Of a DNA stretch of 64,000 bases, positions 16,785 through 29,949 are shown one piece after another (the stretch's first letter is position 1; the number at the start of each line of letters is the position of its first letter). The DNA comes from Eledone cirrhosa. Taxonomy: Eukaryota. The position numbers and the translations under genes were made by a program. Under the pieces are notes generated by a model. It was not told the DNA's origin and made no database searches. It saw only the letters and a program-made list of their open reading frames with translations. The stretch is from contig OZ024741.1 in assembly GCA_964016885.1 (NCBI GenBank), positions 328,042,001 to 328,106,000 of the forward strand. The letters are read 5' to 3'.

Positions 16785-16925
16785 GAGTTACGGCCCTTTA
16801 CGGTCTGATATAAAATCCCGCCGAGTTTAACTTTGCCTTTCATCCTTACGGAGTCCATAAAATAAGGCACCAGTAATGCACTGGGTTAATTGCTGGCCTT
16901 GTGCCAAAAGTAGAAACAATTATTA
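16785..16925 (+). mobile_element. tRNA-derived SINE
   Basis: Close match to 6920-7062, including the tail ttgctggccttgtgccaaaag.agaaacaatta. Confidence 0.8.
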
Positions 16926-19106
16926 CAGGTCGCCAGATAGTGAAGTTAATTAACATTGTAATTTCTCTCATGGTTTTTTTTTATTTATTGAAATATTTAT
17001 AAATCTATTACAATGCAACTTTGTTGGAATAATTGCATAATGTTAATTCCACAGGCATCTATTTCTAAAGATATATAATTCCTTTATCTCTATCTGCTGA
17101 ATAAATGTTATTGTTTTGCTGTACTAAAGCTGGCCAAAGTGGAATTAGAATAACAATAATGTCTAACAACACATATCACTAAATACTACACACGGTAGGG
17201 TTAGGTTTAGGGTTAGGGTCAATTACCGTCTATTAATCTAAAAGGGTTACTGTGTTGTTATAATTTAAGTAAATGTATTCCACGTGTCCCATCATAAATA
17301 AAACTTAAGGGTCAGTCTGAGTTGTGAATTTGGCGGTTAATTTGTTTTGTTTTGTCTTTGTATTATACGGTGGTAACCTTTCGTTTTGTAAAGGGCGAAT
17401 AAATGAGTTAGTGAAGGCAACGAGCGAGGCATACGGACATATAACATATCCTCAGTCAGAAACCCATGATTGATATGACGAATGTCAACACCTGCTTTAA
17501 CAGTAAAAATAGCCTGAAAATGTTTGTGGTATTAGTGTTATATTTTCAGGACGGCGGTCCCGCAGAATCGTTTAACAGATCAGAATACTTTGTTGTATGT
17601 AGTTATAACTTATGACTCATTACATTGGTTATTCAAACTTCGCGGACTTCAAAATTTGTTTGTCGTTATTTCTGGGTCGAGAAAATAATTCCTAATCAAA
17701 TCATTCGGCCAATTTCAATAGGATGTTGTCCTACAAAGGAATACCTGACTCTGTATCTATATTAGATAATATTAATTTCCCCCTCAAAATCCATTCGTTC
17801 CCTGGGTCTGATAAAAGGTACCTGCTTAATGTGCCGTGGAGAGGTATCAAATCCGAAACCACACAATTGGGAAGAGAACTCCGTAACAACATAGACATGC
17901 CAGCACACTTTGCATATTATGCATTCAAAGTTGATAGTAAATGTAGTAATTATGTACAGGGTTTGATTCAGCTATAAATGTGTCCTTACAAATTCCCATT
18001 TTATATACAAATGTGGAAATCAATAATTTAGTAACTAGTAGGAATGGCAGTAGTTAGCGACATATAATGTAAGTGAACACCATTAAATGGCTTTCATTTC
18101 CAGACAATTCCGTGTCATTTGTCTTATATTTAGATGCCATTGAAAAGGGCATTAGCGTAAAAGCAAAAGGAAAGCACAAACAAAAATAACACCGGTGTTC
18201 AAGCAAACTCAATTGGCGAACGGTTTATACTTTACTTACAAATATACTCAAGTTAATATGGCACACATTTGAAATATTATGAGAAACCATTATTTAATAA
18301 TTGAGTTCGATTTTCTCCAGTGAAGTGTATTGTACCGAATGCCATGTTCTCAATGTATATATATAGGTTTATGACATGGAGAGAAAGGATCATAAATCGA
18401 CAAAGCTTTGCTATGATTATAACCGCAAAACCTTTCAGAAGACCAGATCAAAATACGAGGTCAGTAAAAGTGATAAGTTCAACACTGATGTATTATCAAG
18501 TCTCCATTAACTACTTTGAATTTTACTCGTATCTTAACTGTTAACACATATTTTGGCCTAAATTTCCATATTATGCATCTTGAAGTATCACACTTCAATT
18601 ACTTTCTCCAATGCTATATTCCTTTATTTGAATATCTACGAATTTTTAACACAATGTAGGAGCATTGAATTCTTCAAAGCTCACTTATTCATTTAGTCCC
18701 ATTCCTTTTCTTTTATTTCCCTCTTATATTTCACCCAGATGATTAAATTATTATGATTACATTATACGAACGAATTGAAGTGGCAGAATAAACTATGCAT
18801 CTGAATAAATGAACTCCTGTATAGAATTTCTACTTTCGTCATTCTAAACTCAAATCCCGATGGGTCGAGTTTACCCCCCCCCCCCGCCGTTTATTATAAA
18901 ATAAGTACCAAAACATACACTTAGTCAGCTTGTATTAACAATAAACATTCTCCCAGTGAAAATAAGGTCATTTAAAAGGAAGCACAATTAGTATAGTAAT
19001 CTTATTTTCCTTATTTCAATGTCAATTGTTGTGTTTTGATAAAAGAGAGTGTGCGTCCATTGTTGTTTGTTAAGAAGCAATGCTCACATTAAACAATATG
19101 TGTGCG

Positions 19107-19151
<45 letters not shown>

Positions 19152-19881
19152 AGTGTGTGTGTGTGTGTATGTATATATATATATATGTGCAAGACATATA
19201 TATACAAATACACGTGTAAATATGTGTGCGTGAGTCTGATACATATATATATGTATATATATATATATATATATATAGTACATCTTCCTGTGGCACCAAT
19301 TCTCAATTGATTTGAGTTCGGTTTATTATCGTATTTGCTGGACAATAGCGTCGTTCGTTACAGGTTTCTGAGGGACAATCATTGGTTCACTACTTATCAG
19401 GCAGTGTGGCTTAAAGGAAGCGTCTAAAAATCAATACAAAAATACATTGTCAAACAAAAGTACTTTGTTCAAAGCCCAGTAGTATCCTTTTTATGCTTTT
19501 GCTCTTTGTTTCTTTTCAGGTGCATACATCATTTGATATGCATCGGGATTAGGTACACATTTACACCATATGTGCACATACACACGCGCACACACATGTG
19601 TACACTGCCCATACACTCATACACTTATATACATATATATATTTCTCACCCGCTCTCTCTCTCTCTATCTATCTATCTATCTTTATATCTATCCACCCTC
19701 GGTCTCTCTCTCTTATTTATATATATGTAAATATATATACATATATATAAATTTGTATATATATATATCGTGAGAGAAAGAGAGAGAGAGGGGGGGGGAG
19801 ATGTATACATATATAATCATATCTGATGTAGTAATTCCCAGAGTTGCAGGATAATATGCAATTTTGTGTTACTCTGTTTAT

Positions 19882-20460
<579 letters not shown>

Positions 20461-21741
20461 CCAAACCCATGACTTCCAAATATCTGATCTACCGAAACTC
20501 AGCTGTTTCGGACCATACGAAAATCAACATACTGATTGCGGATTTGGTACGGGTGATGAGAAACGTGTCCCGCATGTGCAACCCCGGAGAACTAGAGAGA
20601 CACATACAACACTTCATCCACTGGATGCAGTTCTCTGGTTACAATCAGAGAGATACAATCAGAGTGTATAGAGGAGCCAGAATCAAATGGGAAAAAATGG
20701 TAAATAATGACACAAATGGGACCTGCCCCATGTATAGGAGCAAATTTTGGAATAGAATAGAAAGAACTAGGAATATGGCTAACAGAATAAACTCATGGTA
20801 TGATAGCAATAAATACCAGAGTGTAATGTTCATCGATACAACTCCTAGAGGTGAATTAGCTTACAAAGTTAGAAGGGCCCTAGATAAACATAAATTCAAT
20901 ATTAAGATAGTAGAAAGACCAGGTACCTCCATAAAAACACTTATTAGCAAGACATACCCTTTTCAAAGACCTCCCTGTATAGATAAGAAATGTATAATCT
21001 GTAAATTAAGCCCCCATAATAACTGTAAAACTAGAAATGTAGTATATAGCATAAGATGTACTGAAGGACAATGTAGAGATAAAAATATAGTGTACATAGG
21101 TGAGACAGCTCGTAGTATAGGGGAACGGATAAACGAACACTGGTGAGACTTTCAAGATAGTAAAGAATCATCTGTACTCTACCAACATGCTAAAATAGAA
21201 CATAAGGGTAAATTAGAGAACATAGAAATAAAAATAGAATCTACACACAGAAAAGACGCAATGTTTAGACAAATCACAGAGGCAATAAACATAAATGAAC
21301 TCCAACCAAAATTAAATAGAAAACATGAGTGGAACAGCAACATCACAACTTACAATTAAGGACAAAATGAAAACACACACGCACATAGAACAAACAACCA
21401 ACCAGTAACATGTAAATAAACAAATAAATAAACGAATATAAACACACACAGACACCCAGATGTAACACCAGCGCAAACTAAGCACACAACACAAACAAAA
21501 AACAAGATGGCGTAGGACAGAACAAAGGAGAGGCACAAAAAACAAAAAAAACAAAGAAAAGAATCCCCAGTCACTGAAGCGGTCACAGAATGTGTGACGA
21601 AAGAACTTTGACAATATATAAACAACCAACCAGAAATTTATAAATTCCTAAATCTATAAATTTATTGTAATAAATTGAAGTGAAAGCAACTGGTGAGTAT
21701 GTTTCTTATTGGCAACATGATCCTCCCAAAGTATAACAATA

Positions 21742-21745
<4 letters not shown>
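20461..21745 (+). mobile_element. 5'-truncated Penelope-like element (RT thumb, GIY-YIG and 3' UTR)
   Basis: PLE-type ORF followed by an A/C-rich 3' UTR ending atgatcctcccaaagtataacaat-(AT)n. Confidence 0.9.
20469..21359 (+). pseudogene. PLE RT C-terminus, Cys linker and GIY-YIG endonuclease with one in-frame TGA (21144-21146)
   Basis: KPMTSKYL..., linker CIDKKCIIC, NVVYSIRCTEGQC...YIGETARSIGERINEH; frame continues SVLYQH...RQITEA...PKLNRKHEW to TAA at 21357. Confidence 0.9.
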
Positions 21746-21796
<51 letters not shown>

Positions 21797-21872
21797 AAAT
21801 AGTAAAAAGGAAAAAAAATACAGTATAATATCAAAACATTTATTTATAAAAGTAGGGAATTTCCGCATACTA

Positions 21873-21913
21873 CCGTGTACCGGTTTCAGATGTATATGCT
21901 TTTTCAACGATGG
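21873..21913 (-). ncRNA. Minimal hammerhead, U3-A8 variant, weak stems
   Basis: Minus strand: ccatcg-TTGAAAA-AG catatacat CT-GAAA-CCGG-TA-cacgg. Confidence 0.55.
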
Positions 21914-21984
21914 ACTTTATACATACTTTACTTAACATAATAGCATTATACGACAGGTTTTAACGCGTCCAGGACGAATCATAC

Positions 21985-22055
21985 TCCTCTGATGTGTATT
22001 GCAAATTCTTCATTTATTGATACTTCCAATACAGCAAACGAAACCATGGTAGGGA
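21985..22055 (+). ncRNA. Hammerhead disabled by an apparent short deletion
   Basis: TCCT-CTGATG-[AGTTTGC inferred missing]-TGTATTG..CAATACA-GCAAAC-GAAA-CCATGG-TA-GGGA; palindromic stem III ACCATGGT. Confidence 0.65.
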
Positions 22056-22148
22056 TAACTTTATATAAGCTAGACTAACAAAATTATGTTTCTTTTCTAT
22101 CTGTCTTATACTCCTCAAAATAAAGTTTTCTCACTTAACTTTAATATG

Positions 22149-22203
<55 letters not shown>

Positions 22204-22235
22204 CAAAGAAAGTGTGGTTACATACCAGGTAGACC

Positions 22236-22282
<47 letters not shown>

Positions 22283-22744
22283 AGATGGAGGGAGATCTGT
22301 TATCGTAATGTGAACGAGGTCGTTGTGTGATGTGCCCTTTCTGCAGAAACCTCGAAGTGATTTTGCCAGGATATACATATTTGACTCTACTATTGGTGGT
22401 CAAACAAGCGATTAATTCCGCTATCGACTACTACTAACATATAGGTATGCTTCTTTATTAATTCTACAGACTTGGCATTTTGATCAAACACAATGCGATT
22501 TAACGATTCGCTTTTATATCTACCGTGAATCTATAGCTTTAATTTCAAAGATTTCCTAATATTGTTTATCGTCTTGAGATTATTGCTCTGGCAGACCATT
22601 AAGTCTATTTCATTTCCTTACAAGTTTTCTTAAGAAAACTTTGTTCTCTAAAGTAAAATGATAATATCGTGCTATAGAATAGTCATAAAAGCCAGCATAT
22701 AGAAGTATGTTATAGAATCATGCATATATAGATTCAAGTGTAGA

Positions 22745-23130
22745 CGCAATATGACCAAATGGTTAAGCAGTTCACTTCACAATCATTATATCTCGGGTTC
22801 GATCGCTTTGCAGGGTATCTTGGACATAGCCTCGGGACGACCGAATACATGTGTGACAGAATTGGGAAGGTGGAAATGGTTTGGAAGCACGTCGGATGAA
22901 CGGTGTCTAGTTCAAAGAGCCAATGTTGTCACAAACTTTGTAATGCTGAATCTCACACAGAATTACATTAGGGTTATTCCGTACATGTGCCGTATAATAC
23001 TGTGTCATGTACGGGTGCTCCAAAGTGTGCCGAATAATGCTGGCTCACCTACACGTGAATTCCACGAGCAAGCTACTTCTTCGGGTGGCACATCGCGTTT
23101 TCGAAACCGACAGAGGTCCATTCCTCAAAT
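22745..23130 (+). mobile_element. tRNA-headed SINE of a second family
   Basis: A-box-like tgaccaaatggttaag and B-box-like gggttcgatc at tRNA-like spacing; 3' boundary approximate. Confidence 0.55.
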
Positions 23131-24019
23131 ATTTATGAAAATAACAGTGTAGGTAGGAAGCAACGTAGAGTAAACGAGTGCAACGCGCTAGAAGATTTAA
23201 ACCTTTGTTGAATTCATTTCCTTGACATCAATAATGCTCTTTTGGTTTAATATATTTTCTTCTACTACTTCTAACAAAATCATTGCATGAATTTTATCAC
23301 AGTGGTCTTGCAGTATCGGTGGAGAGTTTTTGACCAAAATTGCCTTGCAGTCTTTAATAATCCCACTGTGAGCAAAATAAACTTACCGCACAATAAGTAA
23401 AGTTTGATATGATTAACTATTTCCTTCTCCTGTAATTCTTCGACATGCAATTATATTACAAATGGATAGTTTGCAATAATTACATATGTAGCGTGAAAGT
23501 AGACAAAGCGGGACCATCTGACCAAATAATAATTGTCACTCAGTTTGTTCCTTCTGCCACAAAACCTGTCACAGACCTGCATAATGAAGAGGAACATAGG
23601 ATATCCAAATACCGAGACTTGACTAACCATTTACTCTTCGTAGGATTCAGGACCGTGAGCTCCGGTGACCCGGTCTCCGGACTTGCGTTTTCCTATGCAG
23701 TGTCTGGAGGAGTGCATTCCGTCTAAGGAAGAAACAACGTGAGATTAAATAGCTAATGCAGGGGGTGTCGCTGGTTGTTCTCCGCAGCGATACGATTACC
23801 ATCTTCTCCACGTCGCAATACTATCTTGACAAGGGCGTAACATTTATTGTCCCTCTTCGTCATTTCTTTTTGTTTAAGACCCCTATTTTTTCTGTCCTCC
23901 TGTTTAACAGCCAAACTTTTATAGGCCCCACCACCCGTTTATTTCTCTCTCCTCGTTTGACAACCAAACGTATTTAAGGACCAGCCCCGTTTTTTCACTC
24001 TTCCCCTTTGACAGCGAAA

Positions 24020-24665
24020 CTTAATATTTAGAATTAGAAATGTTTCAAAAATATTTGTAACAAGAAACGAATTCCTAATTTAGCCACCGGGTCTGTAAAT
24101 TGCGATAGAAGGCCTAAGATGTTGAAATGAAATACTGTACTTGATATTTACGTTATTTTGTCGACCCTGAAATTAAGGATTGTAAGGTTGACCTCGGAGG
24201 AAGGTGATCGCAGAATATTAGCGGCAAATCAAATTCAACAATACCATTATATCCTAATGTCTACCTGAATACTGTAACAAGAAATTAAAAGTTTCACCAG
24301 ATAAATTCTAAGAGAGCACTTTCCAAAGAATTTTCAGTTATGCTAATTATCTAAATACATTAGAGACTCCGAAAATATTCACTCCAGAAATAGATATTTT
24401 CAAAATTTATGTATTTCAAGATTTATTGATAAACTGTTGCATAAAATTTGTTTTAAATTAACTAATAAAACAAATAATAGAAATCAATTGAAAACTGTTC
24501 AAAACTTTACAATCATTTAAATCCAAAATGTATATCAAGAGATTCTGTAAACCAAAATTGGAAACACTCCCAACTCAAGATAATAAGATAGTAAGATCGG
24601 ACTACAGTAGACATGTAGCAGTGGTCTTTCCACAGTACTGAACACTATACTTCTCATAACTTTGT

Positions 24666-24710
<45 letters not shown>

Positions 24711-24969
24711 TAGGATGGTAGAGTGGGTAATATGAACATGTTCAAGATCCCGACGGCAGAGTTCAAGCCGTTTCGACGGCTATTTCCGGGCTCATATATA
24801 TATGTATATATATATATATATAGAAATATATATATATGAGTCCTTAATATTTAGAATTAGAAATGTTTCAATAACATTTGTAACTAGAAACGAACTTCTA
24901 ATTTAGCCACCCGGTTTGTAAATTGCGATGGAATGCCTAAGATGTTTAAATGAAACACTGTACTTGATA
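24020..24969 (+). repeat. Diverged ~127-bp direct duplication (24020-24147 and 24843-24969)
   Basis: cttaatatttagaattagaaatgtttca...ctgtacttgatat at both sites. Confidence 0.85.
24712..24795 (-). mobile_element. Fragment of the 27756-28068 hammerhead element family
   Basis: cccgacggcagagttcaagccgtttcgacggctatttc is the reverse complement of 27935-27972. Confidence 0.8.
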
Positions 24970-25020
24970 TATGTACTATATATATATATGTATATATATG
25001 TACTATATATATGTATATAT

Positions 25021-25053
<33 letters not shown>

Positions 25054-25055
25054 TA

Positions 25056-25386
25056 GAAAAAAAGATGAAATCGAAAATGCAAATGAAATCTTATTTTTTT
25101 TTTAAATATATATATTTATTTGGTTCCTTTACCGGTTTCGCGTTGAGATGGAGGGTCTGTTGTTTTTCTCACAGATGTGAGAAAAACAAGAGACCCTCCA
25201 TCTCAACGCTACTTTTGAAAAGCAGAAGAACTGCGAAACCGGTAAAGGAACCAAATAAATATATATATATTTTTTTTAAATCAGACTCCAGTTGCATTTT
25301 CGATTTCATCTTTTTTTCTTTATACTTTCACTCTTGTAGGACACCTTGGTTATTTTTCATTTTGTAAAAAAAAACCTCACTCTCTA

Positions 25387-25388
<2 letters not shown>
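25056..25388. mobile_element. ~213-nt hammerhead mini-element with a head-to-head inverted partial copy (fold-back)
   Basis: 25056-25172 is the reverse complement of 25176-25318, with a 25-nt deletion; centre tctcacagatgtgaga; (TA)n flanks. Confidence 0.9.
25212..25247 (+). ncRNA. Minimal type I hammerhead, U3-A8 variant
   Basis: CTT-TTGAAAA-GCAG aagaa CTGC-GAAA-CCGG-TA-AAG. Confidence 0.85.
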
Positions 25389-25410
<22 letters not shown>

Positions 25411-25418
<8 letters not shown>

Positions 25419-26408
25419 GATCGAGTATCGAAAAATCGGCGCACGAGTTCACGATAAACAATATTCGAAATGAGCGGCAGAGGGCTCAATAATTCAGATG
25501 AATCAGAGCTATAACTATCGTTAAAATACCGTCACACATAGAACAAGTCTAATATCAACCATACGATAAAAAATCGATAATAGAAGATTCGGGACAAACA
25601 GATAAAAAATATCAATAAAACAATACATCAATAATTTAAATGAATGTAAAATCATACCCGGACCCACTAGAAAGGTGTTAAATCTAGCTTCTTGGGTTTC
25701 TGTAAATCCTTAGACTGTACTCTATCAGCTCACATATAAATATATAAGACTACTAGAGCAAGAGGAATGGAGTTTACTTCATCAACGAGCTTTTTCCTAG
25801 CGGATAAGGGGCTAACCACAAGCGAAGTACGCACATGGAATTCGAGAAGGGAGATAACCTCTACATCCGCGAAAACTATTCGAGGAAATGTGGAAATACA
25901 CATATCGAATAAGAGTGCTCAATAGACATGTTAAAATAAAACAAGAGCTATTCATCACTCAATAGAATCGACAAAAAATGAGCAATAAAATTAACTGGTG
26001 GATAGCTATGTCCAGAGCTAAAAATATTAGAAAGATCGAGTATCGAAAAATCGGCGCACGAGTTCACGATAAACAATATTCGAAATGAGCGGCAGAGGGC
26101 TCAATAATTCAGATGAATCAGAGCTATAACTATCGTTAAAATACCGTCACACATAGAACAAGTCTACAATCAACCATACGATAAAAAATCGATAATAGAA
26201 GATTCGGGACAAACAGATAAAAAATATCAATAAAACAATACATCAATAATTTAAATGAATGTAAAATCATACCCGGACCCACTAGAAAGGTGTTAAATCT
26301 AGCTTCTTGGGTTTCTGTAAATCCTTAGACTGTACTCTATCAGCTCACATATAAATATATAAGACTACTAGAGCAAGAGGAATGGAGTTTACTTCATCAA
26401 CGAGCTTT
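25411..26408 (-). mobile_element. About 1.6 tandem copies of a 615-nt non-coding unit with a decayed hammerhead (25685-25790 and 26300-26405)
   Basis: 25411 repeats at 26026; minus strand TTGATGA-aGTAAAcTCC..GGATTTACa-GAAA-CCCAAG with the cleavage triplet lost. Confidence 0.85.
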
Positions 26409-26449
26409 ATATACATATAAATATATATATATATAAATATATATACCTG

Positions 26450-27040
26450 TATGCGTGTATAAATAATACATGCATATATTTATTTTTTTTAAATCTAATT
26501 GAGTTCTTCACACGCAAATTTAAAATTGTCGAAAAAATTAATTGACCCACGTGTATATTATTTTAAATCCTTGTGTTTCGCGATTACCTCCCCTTTCCGA
26601 TTGAAGATAGTGTGAGACTCCTCATTCTGAGACTGCTGGAATTTCAAATTAGGCGGTCATTCTGATACGGAGGGAGACCATCGCTGACATGAGATTAAAC
26701 ATCGGTAAGAGAGTTTTTTTTTATATCGATGTTTGACGGGCATCCACTGATGATTTATAAGTGCCCACCTGCATATATTCCTACGAATGTATGAAGGCTT
26801 CTACATAACCCGGACACATTCTCCCAACTTAAAGATAACTTATAATCAAACAGTTGTTTGGAAAAGGAGATATATTTTAATTGTCTCATATAAAATAATA
26901 CTACTGGCCTTCAGCAAAGTACATATAGTTAGCACCGCAAACGTAAAATTGGGATTATACTAAGGTATATCCTAATGTTTGTTGAGTGAGATGGAAGCCA
27001 GTCAGAGTTAAGCTTAAAGCTTTCTCTGTTAATGTATTGT
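26450..27040 (+). mobile_element. Diverged copy of the 44047-45195 retrozyme-like family; hammerhead at 26743-26862 with GAAA>CAAA
   Basis: TCCA-CTGATGA-tTTATAAG..CTTATAAt-CAAA-CAGTTG-TT-TGGA; shared 3' end ggtatatcctaatgtttgttgagtgagatgga...gctttctctgttaatgtatt. Confidence 0.8.
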
Positions 27041-27050
27041 ATATAAATAT

Positions 27051-27142
<92 letters not shown>

Positions 27143-27244
27143 TATATACAGTATATATATATATATAATATATATATATACAGTATATATATATATATAA
27201 TATATATATACAGTATATACATATATGTATATATACATATATAA

Positions 27245-27279
<35 letters not shown>

Positions 27280-27355
27280 CTGTCTATATACATATATAAA
27301 TATATGTATATATATGTATATATATATAAATATATGTATATATGTATATATATAA

Positions 27356-27530
<175 letters not shown>

Positions 27531-27547
27531 TGTACATATATATATAT

Positions 27548-27755
27548 TGTAATAGTAATATATTTGAAGACTAAAATTCAAAGAGGGCTCGATAAGGATA
27601 CATAATATCAAATATATAAGAACCGTAGAGCAAACATTTATTAAAATAACAGATTAAAGTTTAAGCAAAGCATCGCTGCTTTCAACGGGATCTTCTGAAA
27701 CTAAAAAAGTCAATCTGTGAACGCAGAAGTAAATATTTCAAAAAACGCTGCAACG
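27548..27755 (-). mobile_element. Copy of the 61492-62059 family, joined head-to-head to the next element
   Basis: aaagagggctcgataaggata...gggatcttctgaaact shared with 61531-61659. Confidence 0.85.
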
Positions 27756-28068
27756 TGAATGAAGCGATTCTTTGTTTACACTTTAATGTGTTATAAAATG
27801 CCATGTTAGATTTATCTGTCTTTACAACAATTTTGGACCAATCCTCTTGACAATTATTATCGTCCCATATAAGGAAATACCCCCTGAGAAGTTCGGCTAT
27901 TTACATACCCGGATAAACATTCTTATTTAGTCCAGAAATAGCCGTCGAAACGGCTTGAGCTCTGCCGTCGGGGTCATACTTGTTCCTATTACCCACTCTA
28001 CTACCCAGTGTATTGAGTACTTTGGTGCGTTATGGTCCATCTGGTTCCTTACCACAACTCCTTCGTTA
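27756..28068 (+). mobile_element. Hammerhead-bearing non-coding element (other pieces at 22200, 24712, 57688)
   Basis: Ends ccttcgtt-(AT)n; contains the ribozyme at 27879. Confidence 0.75.
27879..27974 (+). ncRNA. Type I hammerhead with a G8>A change
   Basis: ACCCC-CTGAGAA-GttCGGCTATTT..AAATAGCCGtC-GAAA-CGGC ttgagctct GCCG-TC-GGGGT. Confidence 0.75.
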
Positions 28069-28192
28069 TATATATATATAGAGAGAGAGAGAAAATTGAG
28101 GTTGGTAATGGCACATGGAATATATGAGACAGAATACTTTTTTGTGAAAAAACATATAATTTTATAAGGTAAGGAAATAATAAAGGGTAGAA

Positions 28193-28240
28193 AAAATGAC
28201 CGGTTTCGATGGGTCTGCAAAAGCCATCTTTTCAAATGTT
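28193..28240 (-). ncRNA. Hammerhead in the inverted pseudo-LTR
   Basis: Reverse complement of 33328-33375. Confidence 0.75.
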
Positions 28241-28607
28241 GATTAATATTAAGAAAAATTAATAATACGAAGAGTTAAAATTTGAGATTTGAAAATTCAA
28301 GTATAAAATTCATTGTGGGATTTCATAGTAGTTTTCATCTAGGTAGCAACAACAAGCTGACTGCTGTGTCCCTTTCTGCTAGTGAATGAGAAGTTATTTG
28401 GGGTGTGGGTTATTTTATAAAGTTCAGATTTAGCAATGGTCAGTTGGCCAGCTGCTGGTCAGTGAGGGGGTGGAAGCAATATACATACATATATCTTCCT
28501 GTGGTGGGTAGGAGAGTGGAGCGTGATAGAAAGGGATTTAGTGCACTTACACCTATATACACACACATACCTTCATCCACACATACATACATATACATAT
28601 ACCACCC

Positions 28608-28652
<45 letters not shown>

Positions 28653-28800
28653 CACACATACATACGCACACACATACATATAAATGCACACATACATACA
28701 CACACACATATATACACATACACACACATATATATATATATATATACACACACATATATATATATATATACACACATATATATATATATATATATATACA

Positions 28801-29949
28801 CCGACTGACAACCAAATTTATTTAAACGTTCAAAACGTATGCAACTCCATCGAAAAACTTATGAATACCAACACAGAACAAACGACATTGCTCCATATCA
28901 AAAACCCAATATGGACACCTCTGGAAAAAACATATAAAACCAGAAAATTCACTTTCTGGAATATGATAAAAAACCTCAACAAAGCTGGAATTTACCAAAA
29001 ATGGATTAACTCAACTCCGATAGTTTTATCACGTAAATTCCAAATAAAGCATATTACAAACGAACCTGAACCAGATAGAAGACTCCGTGAACAAATGTCA
29101 CTCAACAGGATAAACATGGAAATAGAACTCATAAAATTAAGGGCCACCTCAAACGAGCAAGAGTATAAGGGTACTGATAAAAATATGGAGGAAGAATGCA
29201 CTAAAAAGGCCGAGGGAACAACCCTACAAAATTTAATAAAATCGTGGAAACAGCACTGCGAGAATGCAGAAATTATTTCCCTTAAACGGTGGGAAAAATC
29301 CGAAAACTGGTTCCTCAAATATGAAGAAGACTTTAAAAGGACGCACCAAACAGGTAACCCCTTTATAAAGCATTTGAACATAACAAGAACTACAACAGAC
29401 ACATTTACACCACCAAACCCAACACACACTAACCACAGGCACATCCCCCACCAACACAAACCAAATACGGCCAACTACACCAAAAGAAACACACCCAACC
29501 ACCACAACACAGATTTCCGTAGAAATGCCCCCTACATAAACCAACGACAAAATAACATAGATCCAACTCACAACACACACACCACATTCCCCAGAAGAAA
29601 TCCACCCAGACCACTTGAAATCACAACAGAACTTACCCACAACCACACCAGACATCACCCTCAGTCCAACAAAAGACAACCCCCCAACCTCAACACTCTG
29701 TACCACAGAAATAACGCACCCAGACCACATGAACCAACAACAGAACCCTTGCTCATCATCAACCACAACACATACCACCCCCACCATCACATTCACCCTC
29801 ATGAAACAACAAGCTACAGACCCACACGCAACAGACCAACAAAATATAATCACACACAAAACTACATTCCTTTTTTAGGGAAAAGCCTGAAATACCAGGA
29901 TACTCGATGTCCCCCCCCCCCCCCCCCCCTCAGGAGAAGCCAAAAATAA
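28801..29949 (+). CDS. PLE upstream ORF (5'-truncated): helical Trp/charged domain plus a disordered H/N/T/P/R-rich tail
   Basis: About 380 open codons after the microsatellite (..RKFTFWNMIKN..GIYQKW..SRKFQ..); the listed start at 28684 lies in the microsatellite. Confidence 0.7.
   Translation, partial: PTDNQIYLNVQNVCNSIEKLMNTNTEQTTLLHIKNPIWTPLEKTYKTRKFTFWNMIKNLNKAGIYQKWINSTPIVLSRKFQIKHITNEPEPDRRLREQMSLNRINMEIELIKLRATSNEQEYKGTDKNMEEECTKKAEGTTLQNLIKSWKQHCENAEIISLKRWEKSENWFLKYEEDFKRTHQTGNPFIKHLNITRTTTDTFTPPNPTHTNHRHIPHQHKPNTANYTKRNTPNHHNTDFRRNAPYINQRQNNIDPTHNTHTTFPRRNPPRPLEITTELTHNHTRHHPQSNKRQPPNLNTLYHRNNAPRPHEPTTEPLLIINHNTYHPHHHIHPHETTSYRPTRNRPTKYNHTQNYIPFLGKSLKYQDTRCPPPPPPLRRSQK

Noticed and set aside
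17196-17218. TTAGGG-like run as an interstitial telomere
   Set aside because: Only about four imperfect units
19485-19560. Polypyrimidine tract plus CAG as a small exon (similar signals near 3707 and 12490)
   Set aside because: No convincing donor site, ORF or homology; needs RNA-seq
21144-21146. In-frame TGA in the PLE endonuclease as selenocysteine (as reported for some Naiad PLEs)
   Set aside because: It is not at a Cys position (the homolog at 62990 has Gly), it is a single occurrence, and the downstream ATGA..AA motif lacks a SECIS stem; a point mutation is simpler
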